64,000 bases of DNA from Oligoflexia bacterium (GTDB lineage Bacteria; Bdellovibrionota; Bdellovibrionia; JABDDW01). Within the stretch, counting starts at the first letter, position 1; the number at the start of each line of letters is the position of its first letter. Of the stretch, positions 8,743-18,047 are shown in pieces. The stretch is taken from positions 67,093 to 131,092 of the forward strand of contig JAWXAT010000031.1 of the NCBI GenBank assembly GCA_034439615.1, written 5' to 3'. Below the pieces are notes generated by a model. The model searched no databases and had not been told where the DNA came from. It saw only the letters and a program-made list of their open reading frames with translations. The translations under genes and the position numbers were made by a program.

Positions 8743-8981
8743 CAGTCGCTCGAAGCTGTAAATCCGACGAGGGCCAATGAACGTGCGCGTTTAACTGCTG
8801 TGGTCAAATATCTTTGATGATACGCACAGTTTCCGCTGATGCGACGAGGAACAATCTTCGCGCGCTCAGTGAGAAACATGTTCAAAGTTTTATAGTCTTT
8901 GTAATCAATAGACATTTCTTTATCAGTGCAAAACTTGCAGGCTTTTTTTCTGTTAAAATTTTTCTTCGGTAAATTAGCCAT
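8742..8981 (-). CDS. rpsR: 30S ribosomal protein S18
   Basis: 79 aa; ...[24 protein letters not shown]...[14 protein letters not shown]. Confidence 0.95.
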   Translation of the reverse strand: MANLPKKNFNRKKACKFCTDKEMSIDYKDYKTLNMFLTERAKIVPRRISGNCAYHQRYLTTAVKRARSLALVGFTASSD

Positions 8982-8984
8982 TTT

Positions 8985-9554
8985 TTACTCCTCATCACCT
9001 TGAATATCAGCATCTACTTCATGCGCTGATTCGGGTTTTACACGCTCGGAACGATCGCCTCTTTCAGGTCGGTCGCCTCGATCGCTGCGTTCTGGACGAT
9101 CACCTCTGTCATGAAATCGTCCGCCACCTTCACGAGGGCCGCCTTTGAAACTACCACGATCGGAATTACGTTCAGCGTCTCTTTCGGCGCGTTCTTTTTC
9201 TCTTTTTGCATGAGATTCAAGGCGCACTTTATAAGCAGCGATTGCTGCCATTGGATCTACTTTGTCATCAATCTTTACAGTTAAAAAACGAAAGATCTCT
9301 TCGTTGATACGCATATTGCGTTCAATTTCTGCGACACATTCATTATTTGCGCTGTAGGTTAGACAAAAGTAGTGCCCTTTGGGCTCTTTGTTAATGGCAT
9401 ACGCCATTTTTTTCTTACCCCAATCATCGAGATTCAAAATTTTACCATTATGATTCTCGATAATTTGTTGATTGCGGTTTTTGATGTCCTGAACTTTTGT
9501 TTCAGCCGCGTTGGGGTTGGTAATGAAAACGGTTTCGTAGTTACGGGTCTCCAT
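8985..9554 (-). CDS. rpsF: 30S ribosomal protein S6 with long Arg/Asp/Glu-rich repetitive C-terminal extension
   Basis: 189 aa; N-terminal about 100 aa is S6; tail has DRGDRPER tandem repeats and acidic end. Confidence 0.9.
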   Translation of the reverse strand: METRNYETVFITNPNAAETKVQDIKNRNQQIIENHNGKILNLDDWGKKKMAYAINKEPKGHYFCLTYSANNECVAEIERNMRINEEIFRFLTVKIDDKVDPMAAIAAYKVRLESHAKREKERAERDAERNSDRGSFKGGPREGGGRFHDRGDRPERSDRGDRPERGDRSERVKPESAHEVDADIQGDEE

Positions 9555-9742
9555 AATACTATATCCTTTCGGTTAAAGCCCCCATCTCGACCCTCGAGAT
9601 TAGGAGCAAGGAATTAAAACAATTATTAAAATGTCTGGGGAAGCTAACATAGTGAACGGGACTTTTCAATTGTTGTTCTAAATCTTATACTTAAGGTCAA
9701 TATGAACCGCCGTTAGGTCTTTCATCAAGGATTACACAGGCC

Positions 9743-10465
9743 ATGTTTATCAAAATCTTGGTAATGAGCGGTCCTCGCAAGGACGATGAATTCGTAATCA
9801 AAGATGAAACCCTCATTGGACGCTCTACGGGTGATTTGGCGCTCAGAGATCAAAAAGCTTCTAACCCACATGCTAAAATTTTCAGCCCCTCGATAGGTAT
9901 CATTGAAGTTGAAGACCTGGGTTCATCTAATGGGATTTTAGTTAATAATGTAAAAGTTGAAAAAATCGCACTCAAAGCTGGAGATACGATAACTATCGGA
10001 AAAACCGAGCTTTTAATAAAAGAGCTTGGCGTCACAGCTCAACCAGCAGCCCTTTCTTCCCCTGAAATTGATAAGGGAACTTGGCAAGAAACGGTAGATG
10101 CCGTCTTAGCCGTGGCTTCAGATATATTAGAGAAAAAAGGACCCGTGGTTACGCGAATAGCGGTTTTTAATCCCCCATTTAATTTAGAATTTATAGAGGG
10201 CATTCAAGTGGGGACATCCCTTACATACGGATTTGGACCTCGGCTTATCGGGGCGCATTGTGTGGAGGGATTACTCTTTGAACCTTCAGCTCCACCCATT
10301 GCTTTTGCATTGCTGCCCAATAAAGATGGCTCAGCACAATTTAAATCAAGACACGATACCGTTTTACTCAATGGAAAATCTGTTAAGAATCAAAAACTTC
10401 AAGACGGCGACCGCATTTCTGTGGGACAAACAATTATCGTTTTTAGGGACAATAAAGAAACATGA
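9743..10465 (+). CDS. FHA-domain protein with uncharacterised C-terminal domain
   Basis: 240 aa; N-terminal FHA signature (GRS...NGILVNN...L..GD.I.IG). Confidence 0.7.
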   Translation: MFIKILVMSGPRKDDEFVIKDETLIGRSTGDLALRDQKASNPHAKIFSPSIGIIEVEDLGSSNGILVNNVKVEKIALKAGDTITIGKTELLIKELGVTAQPAALSSPEIDKGTWQETVDAVLAVASDILEKKGPVVTRIAVFNPPFNLEFIEGIQVGTSLTYGFGPRLIGAHCVEGLLFEPSAPPIAFALLPNKDGSAQFKSRHDTVLLNGKSVKNQKLQDGDRISVGQTIIVFRDNKET

Positions 10466-11358
10466 ACATCATTAAAAAAACCACAGGATTTGCTACAAGC
10501 TTTGATGGAACCCCCATTTTTTATGAAGTGCGCGGGGAGGGGCCACCACTGATTTTGTGTTACGGCATAGCGTGCCTCACCAATCATTGGCATCACCAAG
10601 TAAAATATTTTTCAAGCCAATATCAAGTCATCATGCTTGATTACCGCGGCCATCATCAAAGCCCCATACCGCAACAACATGATCAACTAACTATTGATGC
10701 TTGTGTGAATGATATTAAAGCTGTTGTTGATCATCTCAAATTAGAAAAAGCTTCATTTTGGGGTCACAGCTGGGGAACTCAACTTCTGGTTCGAGCTTAT
10801 GATTTATACCCTGAGATGTTTAACAATATTGTAATGATCAATGGCTTTGCGAGTAACCCCATCACGGGAATGTTTGGAACAAATCTTCCCGTCGCAGCAT
10901 TTGAATTGATGAAAAAAACTTATGAACAATTGCCAGAGACAAGTAATTATCTCTGGAAAAAAATGGTGTACAACCCCATTTCACTTTGGTTTATGCAAGT
11001 TTCCGGAGGCTTTAATCCTCACCTAACTGCTGTAAAAGATATTGAAGTGTATTTAAAAGGTGTGGCTTCAATTGATATAAAAGTTTTTCTCACCTTGTTT
11101 GAAGCAATGATGAATTATGATGGCCGCTCAGTGCTTGATCGATTTGATGTTCCAACACTTATAATCGCAGGTGAAAAAGACACGGTAACTCCCTTTAAAT
11201 ATCAAGAGGCCCTTCATAAAAGAATTAAAGGTTCAGAACTAACAAAGGTTGCTTTTGGATCACACTGCACGATGCTCGATATGCCTGAGTTCGTAAATCT
11301 TAGAATCGAAAAATTTCTTAAAGAGAATAAACTCGGTTCCACAAAATCTGAAAAATAA
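10462..11358 (+). CDS. Alpha/beta-fold hydrolase
   Basis: 298 aa; nucleophile elbow GHSWG, HGxP-like region; ATGA overlap with FHA gene. Confidence 0.75.
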   Translation: MNIIKKTTGFATSFDGTPIFYEVRGEGPPLILCYGIACLTNHWHHQVKYFSSQYQVIMLDYRGHHQSPIPQQHDQLTIDACVNDIKAVVDHLKLEKASFWGHSWGTQLLVRAYDLYPEMFNNIVMINGFASNPITGMFGTNLPVAAFELMKKTYEQLPETSNYLWKKMVYNPISLWFMQVSGGFNPHLTAVKDIEVYLKGVASIDIKVFLTLFEAMMNYDGRSVLDRFDVPTLIIAGEKDTVTPFKYQEALHKRIKGSELTKVAFGSHCTMLDMPEFVNLRIEKFLKENKLGSTKSEK

Positions 11359-11490
11359 TACCTCACTGTCTGAAACGTCGACAACCTCAACCATTCATTC
11401 AGACCCCAGATTCATCCGCAGACGAAGTAACGTGGCACAAAGAATGCTAATGAATTGAAATGCAAAATTTAATTATGGGGTCTGTTTGTT

Positions 11491-12432
11491 ATGAAGAGCT
11501 TTTTGTTTTTGCTACTTACGTTGAGTTCTATGATTACATTTGCTGAAGGAATCGATGGATATAGCCCAAGTTTATCTGCAGATCAAAAACGCAGTATGCT
11601 TTGGCAACAAATTCAACGAACAGCTTACTCAAATGGACTGCTTCCGAATAAAACACCAAATCTACTCAAACTTTTAGACTGCAAGTCATTACTTGAAACT
11701 TTCACTGCGAGTTCAGATTTTTTGCCGAGCAGAAAAGGTAAAGAAAAAGCGATTCACACTTACGGGGCAACAGCGCTCGTCACCTTTGAAGTAAATCCAG
11801 AACTCAAGAGATGGACGGGTATGTATGAAACAGGGGGAGGTGGCCTGTTAAGATTTTCATTAGCAAAAGCTGGCTTACCCTATACACCTGGTATCGGATT
11901 AAAACTTTTAGTGGATGGTCAAGAGTCAGTAGATTTTCAAGCTATGTATAGCTTAAATGGCCAAGGTGAAAATCAAAATCCATTCGCAAATGATTTTAGA
12001 AATATTGTGGATCCGCCCGAGGGGATTGCATTAAAAGGTTTGGGCTTGGTTTTTAAACATTCAATCAGAGCAGTCGTTGCTGCGGGGCTTATTTCCAGCG
12101 AAAGAGAGCTGCCGATTTCAAAAGCTGCAACAGTTAATACTGATGGCTCTACCGTACAACTCCCAAGATACCCCTATGAAATTACTTTTGTACCTAATCC
12201 AGAACTCACTAAAAGCTTAAGTGCAAATGATCCCACTGACACGCGCATTAAGCTTCAATCCATATCACCAGGTGTCGTTCTCTATTCTGTATTCGGAAGA
12301 GAAAGTGCTGCGTCTACTGGTAAGTTTTTTATTGGCGTCATTAAACTTGAGAGTAACTTTATAGCCTCAGCATTTGGTGATCAGGAATTATTTTTTCAAC
12401 ATCACCTTTTAGAAAAAGCCTTAGCTAAATAA
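11491..12432 (+). CDS. Secreted protein of unknown function
   Basis: 313 aa; signal peptide MKSFLFLLLTLSSMITFAEG. Confidence 0.5.
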   Translation: MKSFLFLLLTLSSMITFAEGIDGYSPSLSADQKRSMLWQQIQRTAYSNGLLPNKTPNLLKLLDCKSLLETFTASSDFLPSRKGKEKAIHTYGATALVTFEVNPELKRWTGMYETGGGGLLRFSLAKAGLPYTPGIGLKLLVDGQESVDFQAMYSLNGQGENQNPFANDFRNIVDPPEGIALKGLGLVFKHSIRAVVAAGLISSERELPISKAATVNTDGSTVQLPRYPYEITFVPNPELTKSLSANDPTDTRIKLQSISPGVVLYSVFGRESAASTGKFFIGVIKLESNFIASAFGDQELFFQHHLLEKALAK

Positions 12433-12434
12433 AT

Positions 12435-12923
12435 TTATTTTCCTGGGCGAAAACTTTTTAGCATCAACACTTGTCGATCACCGGTTAGCTCCAAAGTGAC
12501 TTCGTCTTTAACTACGCCAAATGGAATTTTTCCATACCAAATTGTTCGCTGATTCATGATGTCGTTCATAGGAAGGGCACATGTACTAATATTTCCTGCA
12601 GGTGTTGGCAGATTTACCGTTTTGCCACCGTAGCTTCGACAGCGACTCAAAATATCGCCAAGTTCTTTGTCGTCCATTAAAACTTCCAAAGAATTTTCTC
12701 GCTCAGAAGTTTGAATGCGGCCATCTACCAAACGAACAGAAGTTTTTTCGCGAAATTTTTTGGTAATGGTATTATATGATATTATTTCTTGAGTTACTGT
12801 TTCTGAAATTGTTCGATCGCCCTGAATGGTTTGGCGATCGTACTCAATAAAATCACCCACCGTCGGCATGGCAAAAACAACTGAGCTTACCAGCATTGAT
12901 AATATTACGATGAATTTGTTCAT
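12435..12923 (-). CDS. Secreted protein of unknown function
   Basis: 162 aa; signal peptide MNKFIVILSMLVSSVVFA. Confidence 0.5.
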   Translation of the reverse strand: MNKFIVILSMLVSSVVFAMPTVGDFIEYDRQTIQGDRTISETVTQEIISYNTITKKFREKTSVRLVDGRIQTSERENSLEVLMDDKELGDILSRCRSYGGKTVNLPTPAGNISTCALPMNDIMNQRTIWYGKIPFGVVKDEVTLELTGDRQVLMLKSFRPGK

Positions 12924-12991
12924 TTTATCTCCCAGCTTATTCCAACGACTCTTCGTATGGGAAGCTAGGTGATTAACGGTGATTGTATCAA

Positions 12992-13198
12992 CTAAAATTT
13001 AAAAGAGAGTTGGCCCTCTTTATCTATTAATATTCCTTCATCGCCTGTAATTTCAGTGAGCTTTTGATACTTTAGTGGCAAAGCCACATCGACACCGTAA
13101 GCTTGTTTAATAAGATTTTTAATAAACGCTGCTTTAACAGAGTCTTGCGCATCTTTGTTAAAGCCCATCTCTTCCATGAGATCCCCAACGCGTTCCAT
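12992..13198 (-). CDS. Small hypothetical protein (68 aa from second ATG)
   Basis: GGGGGG RBS before second ATG (MERVGDLMEEMGF...); no family recognised. Confidence 0.35.
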   Translation of the reverse strand: MERVGDLMEEMGFNKDAQDSVKAAFIKNLIKQAYGVDVALPLKYQKLTEITGDEGILIDKEGQLSFKF

Positions 13199-13339
13199 GG
13201 ATCCCCCCATTTGGGGCTTTTTATGAACTTAGGATGTGGATCGGTAGCAAAATGAAGCCAGTGTTGCGTTCTATAGAAGTTGTAAAAGCCCTACTCTTCT
13301 TAAAGACACCACAGGTAAGGCTTTTAGGTTAGACCAGTT

Positions 13340-13909
13340 TTATTTTTCTGTTAACAAAACTGTTCCTTTTTTAATTCCAAGAACATCTAAAACAACACAA
13401 CTAACGGAATAGTCTCGAGAAGGTATAAATCCAAAAATCTTTTTATGTACTACTTGCGCCTTACATTGAAGTTGTAAGCTCATAACTGGTTTTTGATTAT
13501 CAATAACCACTTGTGCGCCGTCATCAAAATGGTATGTGGCGTTATAAAGCCCGGCCAAACCTAGAAACTTTCCGTCTTGAAGATCGCCCAAGGATTGTAT
13601 TTGAAGAAGTGTTACTGGTTCTTTGTAATTAAACTCTCTTGAAGTAATTGAGCAGTTATCGAAAAGAAATACGGCGGGTGTTCGATGGGGGCGAAATTGA
13701 TCATACCCGTTTTTTGGTCTCGAACAACCAGGGCTTGCCTGACCCAGCTCACTGGATAATTCAAAGTGGGTAAGCCCAAGATTAAAGTCGCTAATTCGTT
13801 TTGCAATATCTTGAGGGGTTTCATCTTTAAAGGAATTCGTGACGCGGTAGCCGCTCAAGAGGCCCGCAATTAATGCCGCCACAAAAAGTACTACATATGT
13901 TTTTTTCAC
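13340..13909 (-). CDS. Secreted protein of unknown function
   Basis: 189 aa; signal peptide MKKTYVVLFVAALIAGLLSG, several Cys. Confidence 0.5.
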   Translation of the reverse strand: MKKTYVVLFVAALIAGLLSGYRVTNSFKDETPQDIAKRISDFNLGLTHFELSSELGQASPGCSRPKNGYDQFRPHRTPAVFLFDNCSITSREFNYKEPVTLLQIQSLGDLQDGKFLGLAGLYNATYHFDDGAQVVIDNQKPVMSLQLQCKAQVVHKKIFGFIPSRDYSVSCVVLDVLGIKKGTVLLTEK

Positions 13910-14009
13910 CCTTTCAGAGTTATGGTGCTATAAGGCTTGTGTCAAGGTCCGTTGACAAGACGTTAAAAAAACCTCAATAATAGTCAGATTTTTAAAAAGC
14001 GGAGAACAC

Positions 14010-14792
14010 ATGAATATTATTGTTTGCGTAAAACAAGTCCCCGATACAGAAACAAAAATTCGAGTGAAGTCAGATGGTTCTGGAATCGAAACTAATGACA
14101 TTAAATGGGTATTAAATCCCTATGATGAATTTGCCGTTGAAGAATCTCTAAAACTTCGCGACAAACTTGCAGACGGATCAACCGTTACGGTTATTACTCT
14201 CGGGCCAAAAACACGGGCCACAGAAGTTTTACGTACCGCACTTGCCATGGGTGCTGACAATGCAACACTCATTGATGGTCCTGAAAATCTTGATTCAAAT
14301 GCTGTTGCAAAAGCTTTAGCTGAGACAATTAAAAAAGATCCATTTGGAGTTGTTTTCACCGGCAAGCAAGCCATCGATGATGATTGCGCACAAGTCAGTC
14401 AACTCCTTGCAGGTTATCTCAACGCTCCTCATTCAACTGTTGTAATTAAATTTGAAATCAGCGGCGATAAATCAAATGTCGTTGTTGAAAGAGAAGTTGA
14501 AGGCGGATCAAAAGAAGTTATTGAATTAAAAGTTCCCGCTGTTGTGGGTGCAAATAAAGGGCTTAATACTCCGCGCTATGCAAGTTTACCTGGCATTATG
14601 AAAGCTAAGAAAAAAGAAATTAAAGAAATCGCTTACGCAAGTCTTGGCCTTGCAGCCACTGAAGTAAAAATTTCTTATAAAGGTTTTCAACTTCCACCGG
14701 GGCGCCAAGCGGGAAAAATGCTTGAAGGCACTGCAAGTGAACAAGCTGTAAAACTCGTACAACTTCTACGTGAAGAATCGAAGGTGATCTAA
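14010..14792 (+). CDS. etfB: Electron transfer flavoprotein beta subunit
   Basis: 260 aa; MNIIVCVKQVPDTE... canonical EtfB N-terminus. Confidence 0.9.
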   Translation: MNIIVCVKQVPDTETKIRVKSDGSGIETNDIKWVLNPYDEFAVEESLKLRDKLADGSTVTVITLGPKTRATEVLRTALAMGADNATLIDGPENLDSNAVAKALAETIKKDPFGVVFTGKQAIDDDCAQVSQLLAGYLNAPHSTVVIKFEISGDKSNVVVEREVEGGSKEVIELKVPAVVGANKGLNTPRYASLPGIMKAKKKEIKEIAYASLGLAATEVKISYKGFQLPPGRQAGKMLEGTASEQAVKLVQLLREESKVI

Positions 14793-15763
14793 TGGCTAAC
14801 ATTTTAGTTTTTGTTGAGCATAAAGAAGGAAAAATCAAAAAAAGTTCAGCAGAGTTATTAGCTGCAGCCAAAAAAGCCGGAGCAACAGTTCAAGCACTTG
14901 CACTCGGCCCCGGCAGTAAAGCATTGTCACTTGAAGCTGGAAGTTTTGGCGCCACAACATTATTTGCATGTGAAGCTGATGTATTAAAAAACTATAACCC
15001 CGAGGCCTATGCTGCCGTTGTAAGCCAAGTGATAAAAGAAAAAACTCCGGCAATTGTTTTAGCTTCAGCTACTGTTTTGGGAAAAGACTTATTTCCAAGT
15101 GTTGGGGGCCGCGTGGGTTGTGGTGTTGCTAGTGATTGTGTGACACTTACAATTAACGGAGCAGACGTTAGTGCAAAACGCCCCATGTATGCTGGTAAAG
15201 TCACAGCTGATGTTGTTTTTAGTAACAGCCCCACAAAGATTTTACTCATGCGACCAAATGCACTTGAAGCCGGAAAACCTGAAGCAGGTAAATCTGCTGA
15301 AGTTATTGAAGTTCCAGCGCCTCCAACTGATCTAAAAACAATTATTAAAGAAGTTGTTAAGGGAACATCAAACAAACTTGATCTTACAGAGGCAAATATC
15401 ATTGTCTCTGGTGGCCGAGGTCTAAAAGGCCCAGAGAATTTTAAGTTGTTAGAAGAATTAGCGAGCACTTTAGGCGCCACTGTTGGCGCTTCACGCGCCG
15501 TAGTAGATGCTGGTTGGGTTCCCCATGATATGCAAGTTGGGCAAACAGGCAAAACGGTTTCTCCCACACTTTATATAGCGGTTGGAATTAGCGGCGCTAT
15601 TCAACATTTGGCAGGAATGAGTTCTAGTAAAGTCATCGTAGCAATTAATAAAGATAAAGAAGCTCCGATATTTCAAAAAGCCACTTACGGAATCGTGGGA
15701 GATCTTTTTGAAATTTTACCGGCTTTGACTGCTGAATTTAAAAAACTTCTTAAGGATAATTAA
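14792..15763 (+). CDS. etfA: Electron transfer flavoprotein alpha subunit
   Basis: 323 aa; FAD-binding C-terminal domain; TAATG overlap with etfB. Confidence 0.9.
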   Translation: MANILVFVEHKEGKIKKSSAELLAAAKKAGATVQALALGPGSKALSLEAGSFGATTLFACEADVLKNYNPEAYAAVVSQVIKEKTPAIVLASATVLGKDLFPSVGGRVGCGVASDCVTLTINGADVSAKRPMYAGKVTADVVFSNSPTKILLMRPNALEAGKPEAGKSAEVIEVPAPPTDLKTIIKEVVKGTSNKLDLTEANIIVSGGRGLKGPENFKLLEELASTLGATVGASRAVVDAGWVPHDMQVGQTGKTVSPTLYIAVGISGAIQHLAGMSSSKVIVAINKDKEAPIFQKATYGIVGDLFEILPALTAEFKKLLKDN

Positions 15764-15768
15764 ATACC

Positions 15769-16428
15769 GTGATGCGCACACTTTTTTTGCCGCCATTGAT
15801 CTCAGCTTTTTATTGGCTGTGGTCAAGCACTTGGCGATTTGAAGTTATTGAGCATCCAGATTTCACAACACTTAGAAAAAAAGGCTCCGTTAGTTTTGCT
15901 CATTGGCATGGTGATGAAATGGTCGTCTTACGCCTTGGGCCTCGCTACAAGTGCGCCGCCATGACAAGCACCTCTAAAGATGGCGAGCTCATGACAAGGG
16001 TTCTAAAATATTTTGGTTTTGGAATCAGTCGCGGCTCAAGTACTCGAGGCGGTGCGCGAGCACTTCTTGGAATGGTGAAACTTGTAGAGAGTGGCTACAA
16101 TGCCACTGTTGCAGTCGATGGGCCCAAAGGGCCGCGTCATAAAGTGAAGCCTGGTGTTTGGTATTTAGCCAAACATGCTCAAACGCCAGTTGTACCCACC
16201 GGTGTTGCTCGTCAAGGTGCATTGGTATTTCATAAATCATGGAATAAAACTTATCTTCCTTGGCCTTTTGCCAAGGTCATTGTTTACTTTGATAAGCCCT
16301 TAGATTTTCCAGAAGCAGTGAGTGAGAATAACATTGCGCAGCTCGAAGGGGATTTAGAATATAAACTTCATATCGCTCGAGGTAAAGCGCAAGCACTTTT
16401 GTTGGGGAGACCACTTGATGAAATCTAA
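15769..16428 (+). CDS. DUF374 / lysophospholipid acyltransferase-like protein
   Basis: 219 aa; DUF374-like core (HWHGDE..., ...VDGPKGPR). Confidence 0.55.
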   Translation: MMRTLFLPPLISAFYWLWSSTWRFEVIEHPDFTTLRKKGSVSFAHWHGDEMVVLRLGPRYKCAAMTSTSKDGELMTRVLKYFGFGISRGSSTRGGARALLGMVKLVESGYNATVAVDGPKGPRHKVKPGVWYLAKHAQTPVVPTGVARQGALVFHKSWNKTYLPWPFAKVIVYFDKPLDFPEAVSENNIAQLEGDLEYKLHIARGKAQALLLGRPLDEI

Positions 16429-17179
16429 ATTATTTCGAATGATTTTTATTTTAAGCGCGAGCTTGAGCATCGCTGCATGTACTACAAATCAGAAATCTTC
16501 TTCATCAGATGATTTTGTTTCGCAATCAGAAATTGATAGTCCCGCAGCGCATACACCATCTGTTCCGCTCATTCCTGTTGCACGCTCGTATTCTGGCGAC
16601 AACACGCCTATAGTTAAACATTTTTTACTTAAGAGCGTTGCTGAAAAATCTGGCGTTAGGGTTGGCGATAAAGTTTTGAGTCTTAATGGTTACCCCATAA
16701 TAACTGCTGCAGAGTTTGATAAAAAAATTAAAAGAGCGCCAAAAAATTCAACTATAGTTGTTTTAAGAGGAAATAATAAAATCAAATTAAATATCGTTCT
16801 TTCAGATAAAAAACCAAGATTTGGCGCAGGCTTTGAACCTTCAGGAGTTGTTTTCACAAAAAAAAATTCTCCCTATATTGGAGTTATTCATTTAAAAAAT
16901 ATGACCGTATATGCGCAGGCTTCTGCGACCACAACAAATGAGTTGCGTTTTAATTTCATTATTGAAAGTCATGTAATCGAGGTTGCAGCACCTGTGAAGT
17001 TTTCAATCCATGAAAAGGGCGATAAAAAACCCTTAATCTCAGGTAGCGAAACAATTGACGCGCTGGGTGCAGAGCCTCATGTTTTTTCAAAAGTGATCCC
17101 AAATGACGGCGATTTAAAACTTCCGATTAGGGCTTCGTTGAATATCTCAAAGAATAACTTTCTTTTTGAGTTTCAATAA
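16415..17179 (+). CDS. Lipoprotein with PDZ domain
   Basis: 254 aa; lipobox LSIAAC; PDZ-like segment GVRVGDKVLSLNGYPI. Confidence 0.6.
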   Translation: MMKSKLFRMIFILSASLSIAACTTNQKSSSSDDFVSQSEIDSPAAHTPSVPLIPVARSYSGDNTPIVKHFLLKSVAEKSGVRVGDKVLSLNGYPIITAAEFDKKIKRAPKNSTIVVLRGNNKIKLNIVLSDKKPRFGAGFEPSGVVFTKKNSPYIGVIHLKNMTVYAQASATTTNELRFNFIIESHVIEVAAPVKFSIHEKGDKKPLISGSETIDALGAEPHVFSKVIPNDGDLKLPIRASLNISKNNFLFEFQ

Positions 17180-17219
17180 GCTGCATGCTAGCGTCAAATG
17201 TATATAACATGGAGGTTTT

Positions 17220-18047
17220 ATGCGCTCATTGATGCTCATTTTATGTCTCGTCGCACTGTCTTTCTCGGCCTTTGCACAATCAAACGTTGTGGCAACGGTG
17301 GGTGGCAAATCAATTACACTTGATGAATTTAATCGCCGCTACGAAGACGTTCGTAAAAAAGCAGCGAATCCTCCAACTAAAAAAATATTTCTCGACGATC
17401 TCATCCGTTATGAAATGGGTGTTCAAGAAGCAGAAAAACGTAATATGGCAAAAGACCCGATCATTGCTGAGCGCATTCGCCAACAGCTTTACGCGGGCCT
17501 TATCGAAAAAGATCTCAAAGACAAGTTAGACAATATTGTCGTCTCAGAAGATGAGATGAAATCTTACTACGCATCAAACCCTGAAGTACGAACAAGTCAC
17601 ATTCTCATTGAAATAAAGCCCAGCGCTAATGAAGCCGAACGCGCGGCTGCTCGAAAACGTACTGAAGAAATTAATGCTGAAGTTAAAAAGAGTAAGCGTC
17701 CTTTTGAAGAACTTGTAAAACTTTATACAGATGATTTGGCTACAAAAAATACTGGCGGTGATGTTGGTTATCAAGCGCGCCTTTCATTAGTGCCCGGATT
17801 TTCACTTGCTACAAGCTACTACGAATCAGCTATTAGACTTAAAAATGGTGAGATTTCAGGAGTTGTTGAAACACCTTTTGGATTTCATATTATTAAAAAA
17901 ACAGGTCAACACACTTTCGCCGAAGCAAACAAGAGGCTCATTCGTGGCGCTGTTTTTGAGAAAAAGAAAATGACTCTTTTTAATGAATATTTTGACAAAA
18001 TGAGAAAGAGCTACAAAATCTCCGTCAATAATGACGCCGTTAAGTAA
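17220..18047 (+). CDS. Periplasmic peptidyl-prolyl cis-trans isomerase (parvulin/PpiC, SurA-like)
   Basis: 275 aa; signal peptide; parvulin motif HILI...GGD.G...FGFHIIK. Confidence 0.7.
   Translation: MRSLMLILCLVALSFSAFAQSNVVATVGGKSITLDEFNRRYEDVRKKAANPPTKKIFLDDLIRYEMGVQEAEKRNMAKDPIIAERIRQQLYAGLIEKDLKDKLDNIVVSEDEMKSYYASNPEVRTSHILIEIKPSANEAERAAARKRTEEINAEVKKSKRPFEELVKLYTDDLATKNTGGDVGYQARLSLVPGFSLATSYYESAIRLKNGEISGVVETPFGFHIIKKTGQHTFAEANKRLIRGAVFEKKKMTLFNEYFDKMRKSYKISVNNDAVK

Noticed and set aside
15007-15567. 186-aa ORF antisense to etfA, and similar antisense ORFs in uvrA (23724..24014), gyrA (29473..30650), gyrB (32441..33032), atpA, mfd and other genes
   Set aside because: They overlap well-supported conserved genes on the other strand, with no RBS or family resemblance. 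They are byproducts of codon bias.
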